Source: Tubiluchus corallicola (lineage: Eukaryota; Animalia; Priapulida). Taken from it: a stretch of 64,000 bases of DNA. A program made the position numbers and the translations under genes. Of this stretch, positions 1 through 12,500 are shown piece by piece; positions within the stretch are counted from its first letter, which is position 1; every line of letters starts with the position of its first letter. The stretch is taken from NCBI GenBank assembly GCA_030141605.1, contig JAQGDQ010000067.1, positions 558,001 through 622,000 of the forward strand, read 5' to 3'. Below the pieces are notes generated by a model. It had not been told where the DNA came from. It ran no database searches and was given only the letters and a program-made list of their open reading frames with translations.

Positions 1-1849
1 ATTCTTCCGAGAGCATTCTAGTACAGCTACATCTTTAAAACCAACCAAATCATTCATTATGAAAGCTAATAACTAACAAGTTCGTACGCATTTTCGTGAT
101 CATCATCCATATCCATGTTTCGATCATATCGAGGGATTTCAATTATATACTCCGATAAGACTGTGAATGATGGCTTGATACTTACTCGCTCATAACGATA
201 ATTTCGCGGTTTCTTGGCACTACTTAAAGCGTTATAGAATTCTGAGTTAACTGTGACTGCTTCGTCACTCCTTTGCAAACCTTGCAACAATGCTAACAGT
301 ATCAGATAGACGTGCGAACAAATAGCTTCACTTACAGAACATATAATATATTTTCCAATGCATTATAAATAATCGAAATCGTGCAAGTCATGCTAAACTT
401 TACATTTTTAACTTGCTATAGCATGCTAAGAAAGTATCTGCGCCATAACGAGGTCCTAAATCCCTTAAAATATCAAACTATTCAAATCCTGCTAAAGGGT
501 GCTACCCATGCTAATTAAGACCAAGAACACTAATTAAATTACAAGCACGCATAAAACATTTATCTGCTAAAGATGTTAACAGCACGAAAAAATTTCTAAT
601 TCACATTGAACTATGTGTACCGCCATCCTTACCTAGACAGTTTAACTGCACAGAATTCTGCATGTTTTGGGCAACAAAACACTTTTACTAATTAAAAAGA
701 GTTCTCACATTTCTGCAAGAATGAACTTATTATATGCTGGTACATTAATTTTCATCTTCATGCATAGGGTCTTCAAGATAGGGAATGGTATTGTGTATGA
801 TAATGAATATATTTGGGGCTTAACGAGTAGGGTAAGCTAAAGCATCGGTGTGCTGGTTTCACTGCATAGAGTTTTGGCTAACTACAGCAGTAGTAGTAAT
901 AAAATTTTATTTTCAGCCGGGTTAGTAATAAATTTAAACATTCGCTAAAACAGGTGTTTGCTAACAGTGGATGATTGATGATACGTACAATAAATAAAGA
1001 CGATGAAATGAAATGACACATTATGTAAATAGATCGTTTCATGGAAGATATATCCTTAACGTTAGTTTTTGTTACATGGGGGATTAATACATCAAAGAAA
1101 CTGCAAGCCTATGATGCTTTAATTCATTGTTCAGGAGAGTTAACGATGCTCCAAGATGACCATAAAATTCTGATGAACAAAATTTTATACATAGCTGAGC
1201 TATACTGACATATGTCAGCTAAGTATGCATCTGGACTGGGCATTTCAGAGTAGAGTTTCCATTCAGTGATCATTTACGTGATTCCAATGGGTAATTTTTG
1301 TCAGAACACCAAAGGCACGAGTATGTGGCAGCAGCAGAAAAAAGATTAAATTGTAGCCATTTTTGGCTAAAGAGATCTTTAGAATGGATCATCAACTGCC
1401 AGTCGATGATGAGTCTCCAGCATCCAGTCATTTGAAGAGTTCATGCTTATAATTCATCCAATTTAGCAGGAAAGTTGTTCAGTTAATTGATGTAGTCCTT
1501 GGTATGTTTAAATTCCATAGTAGGAAATGTCCACAGTTAAGGTAAAAGAAACGTCAAGGGTGCGGCTCAAAATGGCGTCTTGAATTATAACATTGTAGTT
1601 AATGTTTGTATCAGCCTCAGCCCACAAATGGTGTGGTTATCCTAGAATGTGACATGACTGACGTCACAGATATACAAGCTTGTTGTAGGGAGGACATGTT
1701 GTGTTGGAAATACTGAGTCACTGAAGAGATTTAGCGCTACTGACCAGCTTCAGAGAGGTTGTTATGCAGACCCAGCTGACACATTAAATACACTGTATAT
1801 CTGGGTACGACTCTACCAAAGTTCTATTTTTACCTATCCAACTGTCAGC

Positions 1850-3428
1850 AATGTGCCGTTGTTCATGGCTCATCTTTTGCTTTCAAATCCATCAAGGGAG
1901 ATTAATTGCCTCATGCATTCATCCTTGGGCCCTTAATTGCCCTTTTTTATATTTATCAGTAATCTTGTAATTGATATTAATGTTCAAATTCGACTGTTTG
2001 AAGATGACACTTCACTGCTCATTGCAGTTGATAATCCTAACAGTTCTGCAATTTTTAATGATGATCTACAAAAACAAACGATTGAGCCAACCCATAATTT
2101 GTCACTTTAACCTATTCATCTCTGGTTCATCTTCTTCATCTCTAACAAGCAACCTATTCCAATTCACCCAACATTGTTTTTTGATACCAAACAAATATCT
2201 GAAGAAAACTATAAACGGCTTAGCATTTTAGGATAATGGACATTGGGGTTATCATATTGCTGATATAACTAGCAGAGCCACAAATCGCCTTAATTTTCTC
2301 GATCAGAAATCTCTTCTGATAATTTATTTTATGTTAGTTTTATTGGTCCAGTTTTAAAATACTCATGCTGTATTTGATATAGTTTCTCAGCTACTCACAC
2401 TGACGAACTTGAAGATGTACTTATACAACTAGAAGCAGTTCATTTAATACCTGGTGATGTCAGGGGAACTGCCCACTGTCTTTTGCAATATGAAGTGGGG
2501 TTTATATCGTTAGAAATTAGAAGGAAACGTTATAAACTTATCCAAATGTACAAGATGCTAAATGGTATGACTCCTCGAAACTTAACTCCTACTGTTTTCA
2601 CAATACTTCCTCCTACTGTTGGGCAATTAACTTCTGATTACGCTTTACATATTTTCACAATGCTATGCAAGAACAATAATATTTCATCACTGATTTTGTT
2701 ATTTCTTCTTCTAGATGAGCTTCCAAACAACTTGAAACGTGCATCCTTGCTAAGACTGTTTAAGAACATGATAGACAACCTTTATTACATAGGGACCAGG
2801 GTTGGTCAAATTCACCTTGCTAGGATGTGGATGGGTTGCAGTTTACCTGTGGTTCACACTTCACATGTTTGCTAACCACATAGCTGCTTCTCCACAATGC
2901 CGTGAAGAGCCTCTCTAGAAGATCCTTGTCATTAGTGTCCTCTGTTTTTTCAGAATTCACATATTGACATTATTGATCCATTTTCAGCTCATATTCAAAA
3001 TGCCGTCAACGCATTGCTGTTCGGTAATTTATCATACCCAGTAGCACTTAGTTATGACATTATTTTGTCCATTATTTAACTTATTATTCACAGTAAACCT
3101 GATTATGCTTGTCGAGAATCGCGACATTTTATAATGTATTAAGTACTCCAGAAATATTTCATCATTAAAATATTCATGTCCCTTCATCATGCATCATCCA
3201 CCCGTGTTTAATGTTTTTTCTTCTTCTAATGGCAATCAACACATAACAAACTTATGTGTCGTATATGTCAAACTGTATTGAACGGTGAAATCTTTTGTGA
3301 GAGGCTTTAGTAGATTCTTCAGATCCTGTCAGTCAATTCTATTAAACAAAATTATATTCTGTTTTCCTATCAAATGTACATAAAAAATATACAGTATGTT
3401 AAATATGTTAATAAAATATTGTTTAAAC
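1850..3428 (+). mobile_element. 5'-truncated, decayed CR1-group LINE (RT C-terminal half and 3' UTR)
   Basis: Frameshifted ILGPL..FFIFISNLVIDINVQIRLFEDDTSLLIAVDNP (FADD-like), LEIRRKRYKLIQMYKMLNGMTP and IHLARMWMGCSL; ends aataaaatattgtttaaac. Confidence 0.8.
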
Positions 3429-3729
3429 CGAACTGCATTACTACGCAGATTGAGAAACGAAACCATTACAATTATAGTTTATGTTTAACATGTGGATATG
3501 CTAATAATAACTTCTTCATAGCAACAGTTTAATGAGTAAGGCGCTATACTAGCTGCACTACAGAGAGATATTAGATCCTTCAAAAGAAACTAACAATTGG
3601 GCACTTGTTTTTGTCCAAAAAAGCTTGTCACATTTAAATAAAAGTGATGTTTAAATTCAAGTGACAAGTGCTAAAAGGAATTAAAGAAGTTACAATTGTA
3701 ATGACGGAGTATTTAAAGCAGTAAAACTG

Positions 3730-4053
3730 TAGGGGTGAGCATTGAACATTCAAATTCAATTCGAACCTAAAACTGTAGATTCGAATAATTCAGCACTTCA
3801 ATCACATGCGTTCTTCATTATTAAAATGATTTAAACTTCATGCAATTAGCATAGTTCAGCTGTGATTTCTGTGCAAAATTTGAAACAGATTATTAGTGGT
3901 TTTATTGCAAAACAAAATCGAGTAATATACATGATTTCTGTAAGACTAAGTTTTACCATTCTCAATTCGAATTTGAAATACTGAAGTTCGGTTCGAATTC
4001 GAAAGTCACAAATTCGATTCGAATTCCCTTTTTGGTAGAGAATGCTCACTCTA
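3730..4053. mobile_element. hAT-like MITE
   Basis: TIRs TAGGGGTGAGCATT / AATGCTCACTCTA with many subterminal ATTCGAA motifs; no clear TSD. Confidence 0.6.
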
Positions 4054-4147
4054 GTGTTTTGTGATTCAACTGTTATTTTTGATTTGATTGTCTGCTATTT
4101 GGTAAACAGGGCGTTGCATGAAAACCGAACTCACAGAAAACTAGATA

Positions 4148-4453
4148 GTGAGGAACATTAGTAATTTTGCGCCTTGTTTATAATAGAAACATAGGGGAAA
4201 CTAGAAAGTACAGTAATCGGTTTATTTTTTTATTTTACTAGAGGCTAGCCGGAGGATAATCGGGATAACAGATATTACATTCTCTGACTATAACAATTGC
4301 GTGAGGAACATTAGTAATTTTGCGCCTTGTTTATAATAGAAACATAGGGGAAACTAGAAAGTACAGTAATCGGTTTATTTTTTTATTTTACTAGAGGCTA
4401 GCCGGAGGATAATCGGGATAACAGATATTACATTCTCTGACTATAACAATTGC
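4148..4453. repeat. Exact tandem duplication, 2 x 153 bp
   Basis: Unit gtgaggaacattagtaat...tataacaattgc at 4148-4300 and 4301-4453. Confidence 0.92.
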
Positions 4454-4513
4454 GTGCCGTTTATCTAATTTAATACCATACCGTCACTCTTAAAATATAA
4501 GAGTGGTTGTGTT

Positions 4514-5230
4514 GGGCACCGAGTAATCCATTAGGCGAAGTAGGACAATTGGCGTACATGGGCTAGCCCAAGTAGGATGCGTGAGGCAGGTCGCAAATTA
4601 AGTCACTAAACGTACTGGCACCGTCCGTTGTCCTTGTTTATGTACTAATATATTAATAATAATTAAGCACGTCAATAAACGTTGAATAATTTATTATACA
4701 TCTGATAAAATAAACGAATTGTATTCTGACTTAATATAATTTTGCCAATATTAATCTTCTTTGAAGTGAAAAAAGGGCACTTTTTAGGCGATTCCAACAT
4801 TTGCTTAAGGTATACCATTTTTATTTTGTCTTGCTTCACTGACAGGTGATCCTTTTCACTCCCTCTTGGACAAATAATTATTTTCTACTAAGTAAACGGG
4901 TTAGCGAGTTATGTGCCCTACGTATTTTCTCTCTTTAAAAGCATTAGATACTTAGTTTAATGTTATGATGATAACTATTAATGGAGCTAATAGATATGAT
5001 GCTATTGTTGTAAAAAGTAAATTGTCAAGGACTATCCATCATTATTATAAAGTTACTTTTTTCTAAAACAAATTTAGTTTTATGTTTCATTATGTCTTAG
5101 ATCTCGATTCTTGACAGAAATCGCTAGTGCCCCACTTGGGCTGCCCATGTACGATACTGCTTTTCCGCAAGTTTAGCACATGCGTTTTACCGGAAGTGTC
5201 CTACTTTGGCTAGTGGTTTACTCGGCGCCC
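4514..5230. mobile_element. Non-autonomous DNA transposon with imperfect long TIRs (hAT-like end)
   Basis: gggcaccgagtaatccattaggcgaagtaggaca...cgtacatgggctagcccaagt versus the reverse complement of 5129-5230 (gggcgccgagtaaaccactagccaaagtaggaca...cgtacatgggcagcccaagt). Confidence 0.65.
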
Positions 5231-5241
5231 TGCAGTAGAGG

Positions 5242-7362
5242 TTAATTGAGCAAGCTCATTGTAACCCCATATTTCGTATCTAAATATCTATCCAGCTGGT
5301 TCTTGAACTTGTTCACTGAAGAAGCTTTTGCAATTTCACACGGAAGTTGATTCCACTCTCTAACCTCTCTTTCCATGATAAAATATTTTCTACAATCCAA
5401 TGTAGCTCTGTATTTAAAATTTTTTAGAGAATGCCCCCTGGTTCTGTCATCACTTGCCAGTGTAAACATTTTTTCTCTTTCAGTGCCTCCTAACCCTTGC
5501 ATAATTTTATACGTTTATATCAAATCTCCTCTATGTCCTCTAGAAAGTGAACGTTTTCTAAGCCTCTCTTGATACGACATTTCCTCCATATCTTCAATCA
5601 TGCTGGTCACCCTATCTTGTACACCCTCAGACACAGTCAAAAAATTGCATCTCATTGGAACCTGCAGCTTCTAGAGAATCCCATGACACTTCTGGAAAAT
5701 TAAAGTCCCCAAAAATAACTCCTTGGAGCTTAAGTCACGCAACACCTTATACAACTTCTCATTATTTTCTTGGCTTGAATTTGGTGATCTGTACACCTGG
5801 CCCATAGTGAGTGGTTTATCATGTCCCCTATGTATTTCAATCCACAGAGAGTTTGTATACATTTTAGCACTAGGTGGAAATATTTCATGGCAAATTAAGG
5901 ATTTATGTACGTACAATATCACTCCTCCACCTCTTCTGTCAAGTGTATCACTTCTATCCTGTCTAAATGGTTTGTGATAATTTTCTAAACAATACTCACC
6001 CCAAAGAATGCTGTCGTGGAACCTCTGTTATGCAAATTATGTGCGGTTTGTGTAGTTGTACAAGCAACTGAAGTTGATTGAATTTGTAAACCAAACTACG
6101 TGCATTAGTGTATAAGCATATCAATGTATTTACAGTTCTGTTTACACAACTTTTAATATTCGAAGCGTCTGTCAGTTTTTTGTCATCTTGGAACTGTTGA
6201 CCGAGATCCTCAGATTACATTCTGTCAATATTTTCTTACTTTTGGAAGGCACAGCATCCATTACCACACTACTAGATCGAGCAGTTTCGTCATCCATGTC
6301 TCCATCCGCTTCACTATTTTCACTTGCTCTCTGAAGTATTTTCCCTTGGTAAATGTGCAGGCCACTTTCACCTTTCACACTTCTCTCCCGAAGTTGTTTT
6401 CTCAATTCAAAGTTCTTACTTCTCTGTCTTTTTGTAAGTTCAGGAGATACATACACATTTCTATACCCAGCAATGCCTTTGAACTTTTTTGCATTTCTGA
6501 GTATTAATCTTTTACTGTCCAGACTATCGAGTTTAACTATAATTAATTCTTTCTTACCAACTCTGCGGCATTCTTTAATTATTATTTGTTTTTCCACAAG
6601 GCTTAGAGCTTTGAATAGGTTACGGCCTAATTCATTTATTCTCACTTTGTCATCCACATCGTCCATCAGCTTGACTTCTGCTCCTTCATCTTCTTCGTTT
6701 TCACTATCATTGACATGCCTAGCCTGTTTTCGGCTCTCTAGTCCTCTTATTGTTATATTCAATTTTCTACATTCAACATCAAGTGCTTCAGACACCAATT
6801 CACCCACAATTGCATCCGCATCCTCACTCACTTCACTTGCTTTGCATCTAGACTCAGCAATTTATTTTAGAGTGCATCCATCTTCTTCAGTTTTACCTCA
6901 ATAGCATCTATTCTCTCACGTAGGACATACATCCCTTGCAAGAATCTAAGTGCATTTGGCTCACATACGGTACAGAACCAATGAAATCTGTTATTAAGCA
7001 CCTGTAATTTTTCAAACAACTCATATTCCTCATCACTGACTCCCTCACACTCTATGTGAAACCATTATGCGCACACATCGCATAATAGCCCCTTTTCTCC
7101 ACCCTCTACTTTGCTCTTGCAGTGCTGACAAATATCTTTCTCTAACACGTGGTTATTGTTCTCAAGGTCACATCTCACTACGTTGTTATTTGCCATTATC
7201 AAAAATACGTTAGGCCTAACAACTCAAAAAGTATTGGGCTAAGATCAGAATCTCTAATTATTTAGAGTAAGATCGCTTTTCAATATTAAAAAAAATATTT
7301 AAACTACGACAATTTCAAAATATTTCGGTAGAGAGTGGAAAAAACCCATCCGCCATGTTGAA
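5242..7362 (-). mobile_element. Internally deleted CR1 LINE: 5' UTR, PHD-finger ORF1, APE endonuclease start and ORF2 C-terminus, no RT core
   Basis: 5' caacatggcgg. ORF1 from ~7196 has CQHC..LLCDVC.WFHIECEGV..FHWFCTVC and VYVSPELTKRQR. EN has CLYTNARSL, GGGVILYV, VYRSPNS. It joins near 5670 directly to RTRGHSLK..WNQLP..SVNKFKNQLD. Confidence 0.88.
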
Positions 7363-7489
7363 AAACACAAGAACACAAAAACTAATAGTAGTAATATTTA
7401 ATAGTAGTGATATATGATATGCGCTGGAATTCGTTTGTTTGTTTAACAATGTTGTAAATAGTTATGTACCTACATTGTGATTCCGATGT

Positions 7490-8235
7490 TGGGTCAAAAG
7501 TTAAGCCTGTCTGGCTAAGAGCACCAATTGCAAGCCAAGCGCCTAGAAAGAAATCTGCAACATGGAGAACATTTACTCTTTTTCACTCACGTGCAAATCA
7601 GACGTTGTTTAACAGTACTTCAAAACATCTCAAGTTCTCGTTAATAAAGTCTAGGAAAGTTTATGAGAAGAACCTATTACAAAGTGTAAGAACTAATCCA
7701 AAGAAGTTCTTCGGTTACACGAAACAATTTACTAAGCCAAAGAATTTCATGGATTAATTGTTAGGACCAGATAATGAAGTTTTGCTTAATGACTCCGATA
7801 AGGCTAATGCTTTGAATGACCATTTTGTATCAGTATTTACTAAAGAGTCTTCAGATTTAATTCCTCAGTGTGTCGGTCCTTCTCCTAGTAGTATAATTGA
7901 TGATGTCAAGTTTTCCATACAGACAGTGTATGGCCAGCTACTAAAAATTGGTGAGACAAAAAGCAAATTGTCCTATTGAACATCCCACTATTTTGAAAAA
8001 CTGTGCAGAAACACTGACAAACCCGTTTTTCCTGTTGTTCAGGAAATCTATAGATTGTGCTTGTCTGGCTCAGGCGAGATGGTAGTGTTTTTCCTATGCT
8101 AATTAAAAGTCCAATAGTACTCACTAACCATCGTCCAGTACCGCTAACTAGCATAGTTGTTAAGATATAAGACCGTTTAATTCAACAGCCACTTATGGAC
8201 TTCTGCATGCAAGATAATCTCATTAATTCTCAAAT
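7490..8235 (+). mobile_element. CR1 LINE ORF2 fragment (EN-RT linker and RT start)
   Basis: NPKKFFGY, KANALNDHFVSVFTKE, HPTILKNCAETL, NHRPVPLTSIVVK, with stops and frameshifts. Confidence 0.82.
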
Positions 8236-9474
8236 TGAACGTCCTTTTCAGTTGGTGTCATCAGATTGCAAAAGATACGTGTCTGCTGCTGCTGAATTTA
8301 GATGCCATTTTGAAATCCCCATAACTCCACTGGGGCGGGTATTGGGGGACTAATCAATATATTTTTATTGATTCAAACTCTTGGCCGCCTTCGTTCTCTA
8401 ACATTGGTGTCAGAAGAGGGATCGACTGAATTGCAGTTGAAATGGTGAGGCATGAAGTGGTTTCGAATAAGCTATGCTTGGGATGTCTGCTTGTTCGTGT
8501 TGATGTCTCCATCACGGATCCATATTTTTTACGGGGGCTCACTGTGTTCCCACCTTGTGTCAACAGGCACATTTTTCTGTTGGTAGAAGCTCACACTACC
8601 TGTTTTTCTGCAGTTCCGCAATGGTGAATAGGAATTCCTCCAGTGAATATGCACTTTCACTCTGGTGAAGCAGTTTTTTATAGATAGCAGCTTTTTATGC
8701 TGGAGAAGACAGTATGAAGGGTTTACATTCATATTTGCAGTGGCAGCTTCTCTATGGACTATAATTTTATTGTGAATAATTCAAGTTGGAGCAGAGGAGT
8801 TATGTTGTCGCTAAAGACATACCATCATCATGAACAGTTGCGTTGTTGCTGAAAATTATCATGCTTGTGGACAGCTTTGTGCTTAACACAGCTATGCGGT
8901 ATGAGGCTGTTATCAGTAGTATGGGGACAAAGCTGTTCTAACGACCTACAGAAGTGTAACTCATTGAGACCCTATGACATGAAAGGCTGCACTGGGCTTT
9001 CTTGAGTGCTATATTTGTTTGGTGATTATTGGAGGAGTGGAATAGCAGTTCTAAGCTAGATCCAGCTTAAACCTTATGAGGCCAGAATAACTACTTGGGC
9101 AGAAACTATGCAAAGCTATTTATCTAACAGCAGCACCCATTTTAGTGGAATTAGCATAATAAGTCATCAAACTTTAACATAATGTTAATGATTTTTTGTG
9201 CAAAAATTATTTAAAACTTATATGTTAGCTGCCATTTCAAGATTTTCACTGCATTTTTTATAAATCAATTGGAGACTGCATTGCTGCAAATTTATAGCAC
9301 ATTCATTTTTAAAAGGCATAGCAAGATCACATGTAGAAAGTTAACCTTCAGCAACTTTATATGTAGTATATACCATGTTTGCTTGCAGGATGAACATTAT
9401 TTAACAGTGAAGGACAAGAAGGCAATAAGAGAGTAACTTTGATCATTTGCCTTATTATATATTGTTAGGTTAAT

Positions 9475-9561
9475 ATGGATGTATCAACAGAAGATGATAC
9501 TGAACTTCGAGATTTAGTAGTGCAAAGCTTAGAAAATGATGGAACACTTGGAAAAATAAGG
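9475..9561 (+). CDS. FGFR1OP: FGFR1OP coding exon 1
   Basis: MDVSTEDDTELRDLVVQSLENDGTLGKIR then gtttgt donor; an AG at 9467-9468 suggests an upstream non-coding exon. Confidence 0.9.
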
Positions 9562-12500
9562 GTTTGTGTTTTTTTAGTCTTGTCAATACTAGGCATTCGC
9601 ATCTGTTTAGTTAACATTGATTTGAACTTGTTCAGTCCAGCTGTTTTATTTACTGAAATTTTAATGTGGAACATTTGTTTTCTTTAACGTATAAAAAGAT
9701 TCATTATAAGCTGTGAACTTTCTTGCTTGATATCTTATATTGTTGCCGATATTGGGTGTGTAAGCATATTAACAAGTTCATTACAGTGATGTGCCTTGTA
9801 TATAAACTCTGTGTTATACAAAAGCATACATCTTTTTTGTATGAAAAATCTATTATGATGTATGCTATATTACCAAATATCAGGTTTAAATGTTATCAGT
9901 TTGCCAAGCTTTCTAGGAGCAGTTATGTGTGACCATCTCAAAAACTGCTTCTGTGTAGTCCCGCCTATTTTTATCAGTCAGGATGTAAATATGTCCCAGT
10001 ATAACTTAATTATCTGTGCTGGTTTCAGAGGCTAATAGTTAATATTTATTAATAAGGTGTTCCAGTTATACCATTTGCACAAAGTAGATACTGTCATTAA
10101 ATGCTGGATGCCATGTAAAAAAATTCGTTTACTGCTATAGACCTTGTAATAAATATAGTGATAGAGAATTCGTTTCTATGATCTTCTGTCTGCATTGCGC
10201 TCATGGTTTCTTTTTATTTGTTACAGGCAACATTGAGAGCAAGTATTTTCCTTACCCTGGAACAACAAGATGCCTTGAACAAAAGACATCCACTCCTTAA
10301 TAAGAAACTCAGTGACTATCTTGACACAAAAGAAGGTGAGTTTTGAAAAGTTATGTAACTGAATGAGGAACGATAATAAATTGTAATATATTGCTGGGTG
10401 ACCACCAGTTCAATATTCATCTTGCCATATTGGCTGTTTTTTCCCGTTGAAAGAAAAAAATTTGTATCTAAATGTCTCTAAGACACTTTTATGGAGTTAG
10501 CGTCTTATCTTAAAAGATTAATCTTGATAGAGAGCAAAATGCCACCACAATCATCCATATTAAGTAGACAGTGCAATGCTTGTTATATTCAGAAATGTAT
10601 TATCTGCTTTTTAGGCAATTAACTAATTATTGTAATAAGCTTATTTATTGAAAATGTTGTAGATGTGATATGTTCACACAATTCACACATCACAAACAGA
10701 ATTTTAATTCAGGCAAAGCCTGGTATTACATGCTTACTACACTCACTTAGTTCTACTGAATGCTGCTTTATATTGTGCTGTACTACGTAAAAATGCTGAA
10801 CATATGTGCCCAGATCAAATTGGTAAAATATTTTCAAAATAAAATTAATTGTTAATCCTAAGATTAAACTTGCGACAAAAAAATACTTTTGTGAAATCTA
10901 AAATAAACCAGTGTGAAGGCTGTGAGGTATAAAGCATATTAGCTATTCTAAGCAAGGACTTCAAATAAACAATGTTTCTTTGCAAAATTTCATTATTTTT
11001 ATTTTATGATGATATGTTGTGATATTTTCTTGCTCATAACTGTTGAAATGCTCTTTTTGGCTTGGCATATTTGGTCTTATGATCTGTTACAGTTTGCTTT
11101 TCTTGCTCTAATTTCGCTGAGTTTTGAATTGCCTACTCTTACCTTAAATTTTGCTTGCAGTATAACAGTCTGGTAAACATAAATTTTTTTAGGTCAAATA
11201 GCAACAGCACTAGTGAGAGAATACATGGAACATTTTAACCTGTTATATACATTGAGTGTCTTTGATCCTGAAACTAATGTAAGTGTTAAAAAAGCTGCTC
11301 AGCAACTTTGTAAGTTCTTATTACATTCATTACCTTTTATTTTTGTTTTACAAAACTTTCATCCATTCCTTTATTCTCATTGATCTTTCCAGCTTTCTAA
11401 ATGTTTTAAATTTGGCAGTGTTGTAGCATGTAAGCTGCTGAGTGAAGTGTATATCATTTTAGATTAAGATGAAAGTTTAGATTTCGCAAAGGTCTAAGAC
11501 TTTTGCGAATAGATTACTTTTTTGTGAAATGTTATGGGGCAGACAGTATGAGAACACTCAATGGTTAGAAACAAGTTACTTGACATACCTAGACCCAAAT
11601 CTTCCATATCGAGAGGAGCATGCTTTTAGTGTCATTAATCTTTTTTTGTAAAATTGAAATTCTGCAGAAATAAAATAAACTAGAGAACAGTTTAGGACAA
11701 AGTTGTAAACTGAAGATTCTGCAACACGATCTGCAAGTGCAATACAATGTAATGTTTTAAAGTAATATAATGTAGTATAATGCTTGTAGTAGTGCACTAA
11801 ATTTTTCCTAATTCCAAGTGATTCATCTACATTGAATCACTTGCTTTATACATCCATGTGCAAGAACTCAACACCACCTAGCTATTTGCAAAAAATTGTG
11901 GCCCTAATTCAAAAGCTGTAGATGGAGACATAACCTAATAACAAAACAGATAGATGTCTACTGTCCTTGACTGTTTGACCCAAGGAATACTTTCCCACAC
12001 CCCAATTTCTGACTTAATGCACATCTGCCCAACAAGACCTAAATGCCTGTGAAAAAAATTTTAAATTTAACAGAAAGCTTTAGGAGGAGTTGAGTGATGT
12101 TAAAAAAACAGCTGACATCCACTGCCCTTGATTTTTTGACCAGAGGTCAGCTGTCTCCATATCAATGTCTGAGCGCCTGCCTCAGGTGTCTACCCAGTAA
12201 GGTTGGTGACTCTAGTTAGTGTAGTTTTGGAGTTATCAAGTGTCATAGTTGAGAATAAAAAATAAAGAAATGGTTTGGAAATAGTAAGATTCTGCACATA
12301 TTGCAAAATCTTAATAACTCAAAAATAAAAACAGAATCACGAATACACCAGTTCCGCGTTTTCTAAATGGATATTAATAGGAATCATGTTTGTTACATCG
12401 TTGGTAATTTTGCTTTGGTTATGACTGAGATTCTCGCACAGCTAGAGCATCTGAGAGATTATAATTCCCGTTTCAATACTGTTTATAACATTTAAGTTCA

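Noticed and set aside
66-290. 74-aa minus-strand ORF at the window start
   Set aside because: No recognisable motif or splice context; it cannot be supported without flanking sequence.
1000-1800. Possible minus-strand LINE RT relic (AVDDP and SQKWLQFN-like traces); similar faint relic at 8240-9150
   Set aside because: Too decayed to assign boundaries or a family by eye.
6353-6904. 183-aa + strand ORF
   Set aside because: Antisense shadow of the CR1 ORF1 on the minus strand.
11279-11309. Alternative donor (gtaagt at 11310) extending FOP exon 3
   Set aside because: It gives phase 1, incompatible with the phase-0 next exon at 16113.
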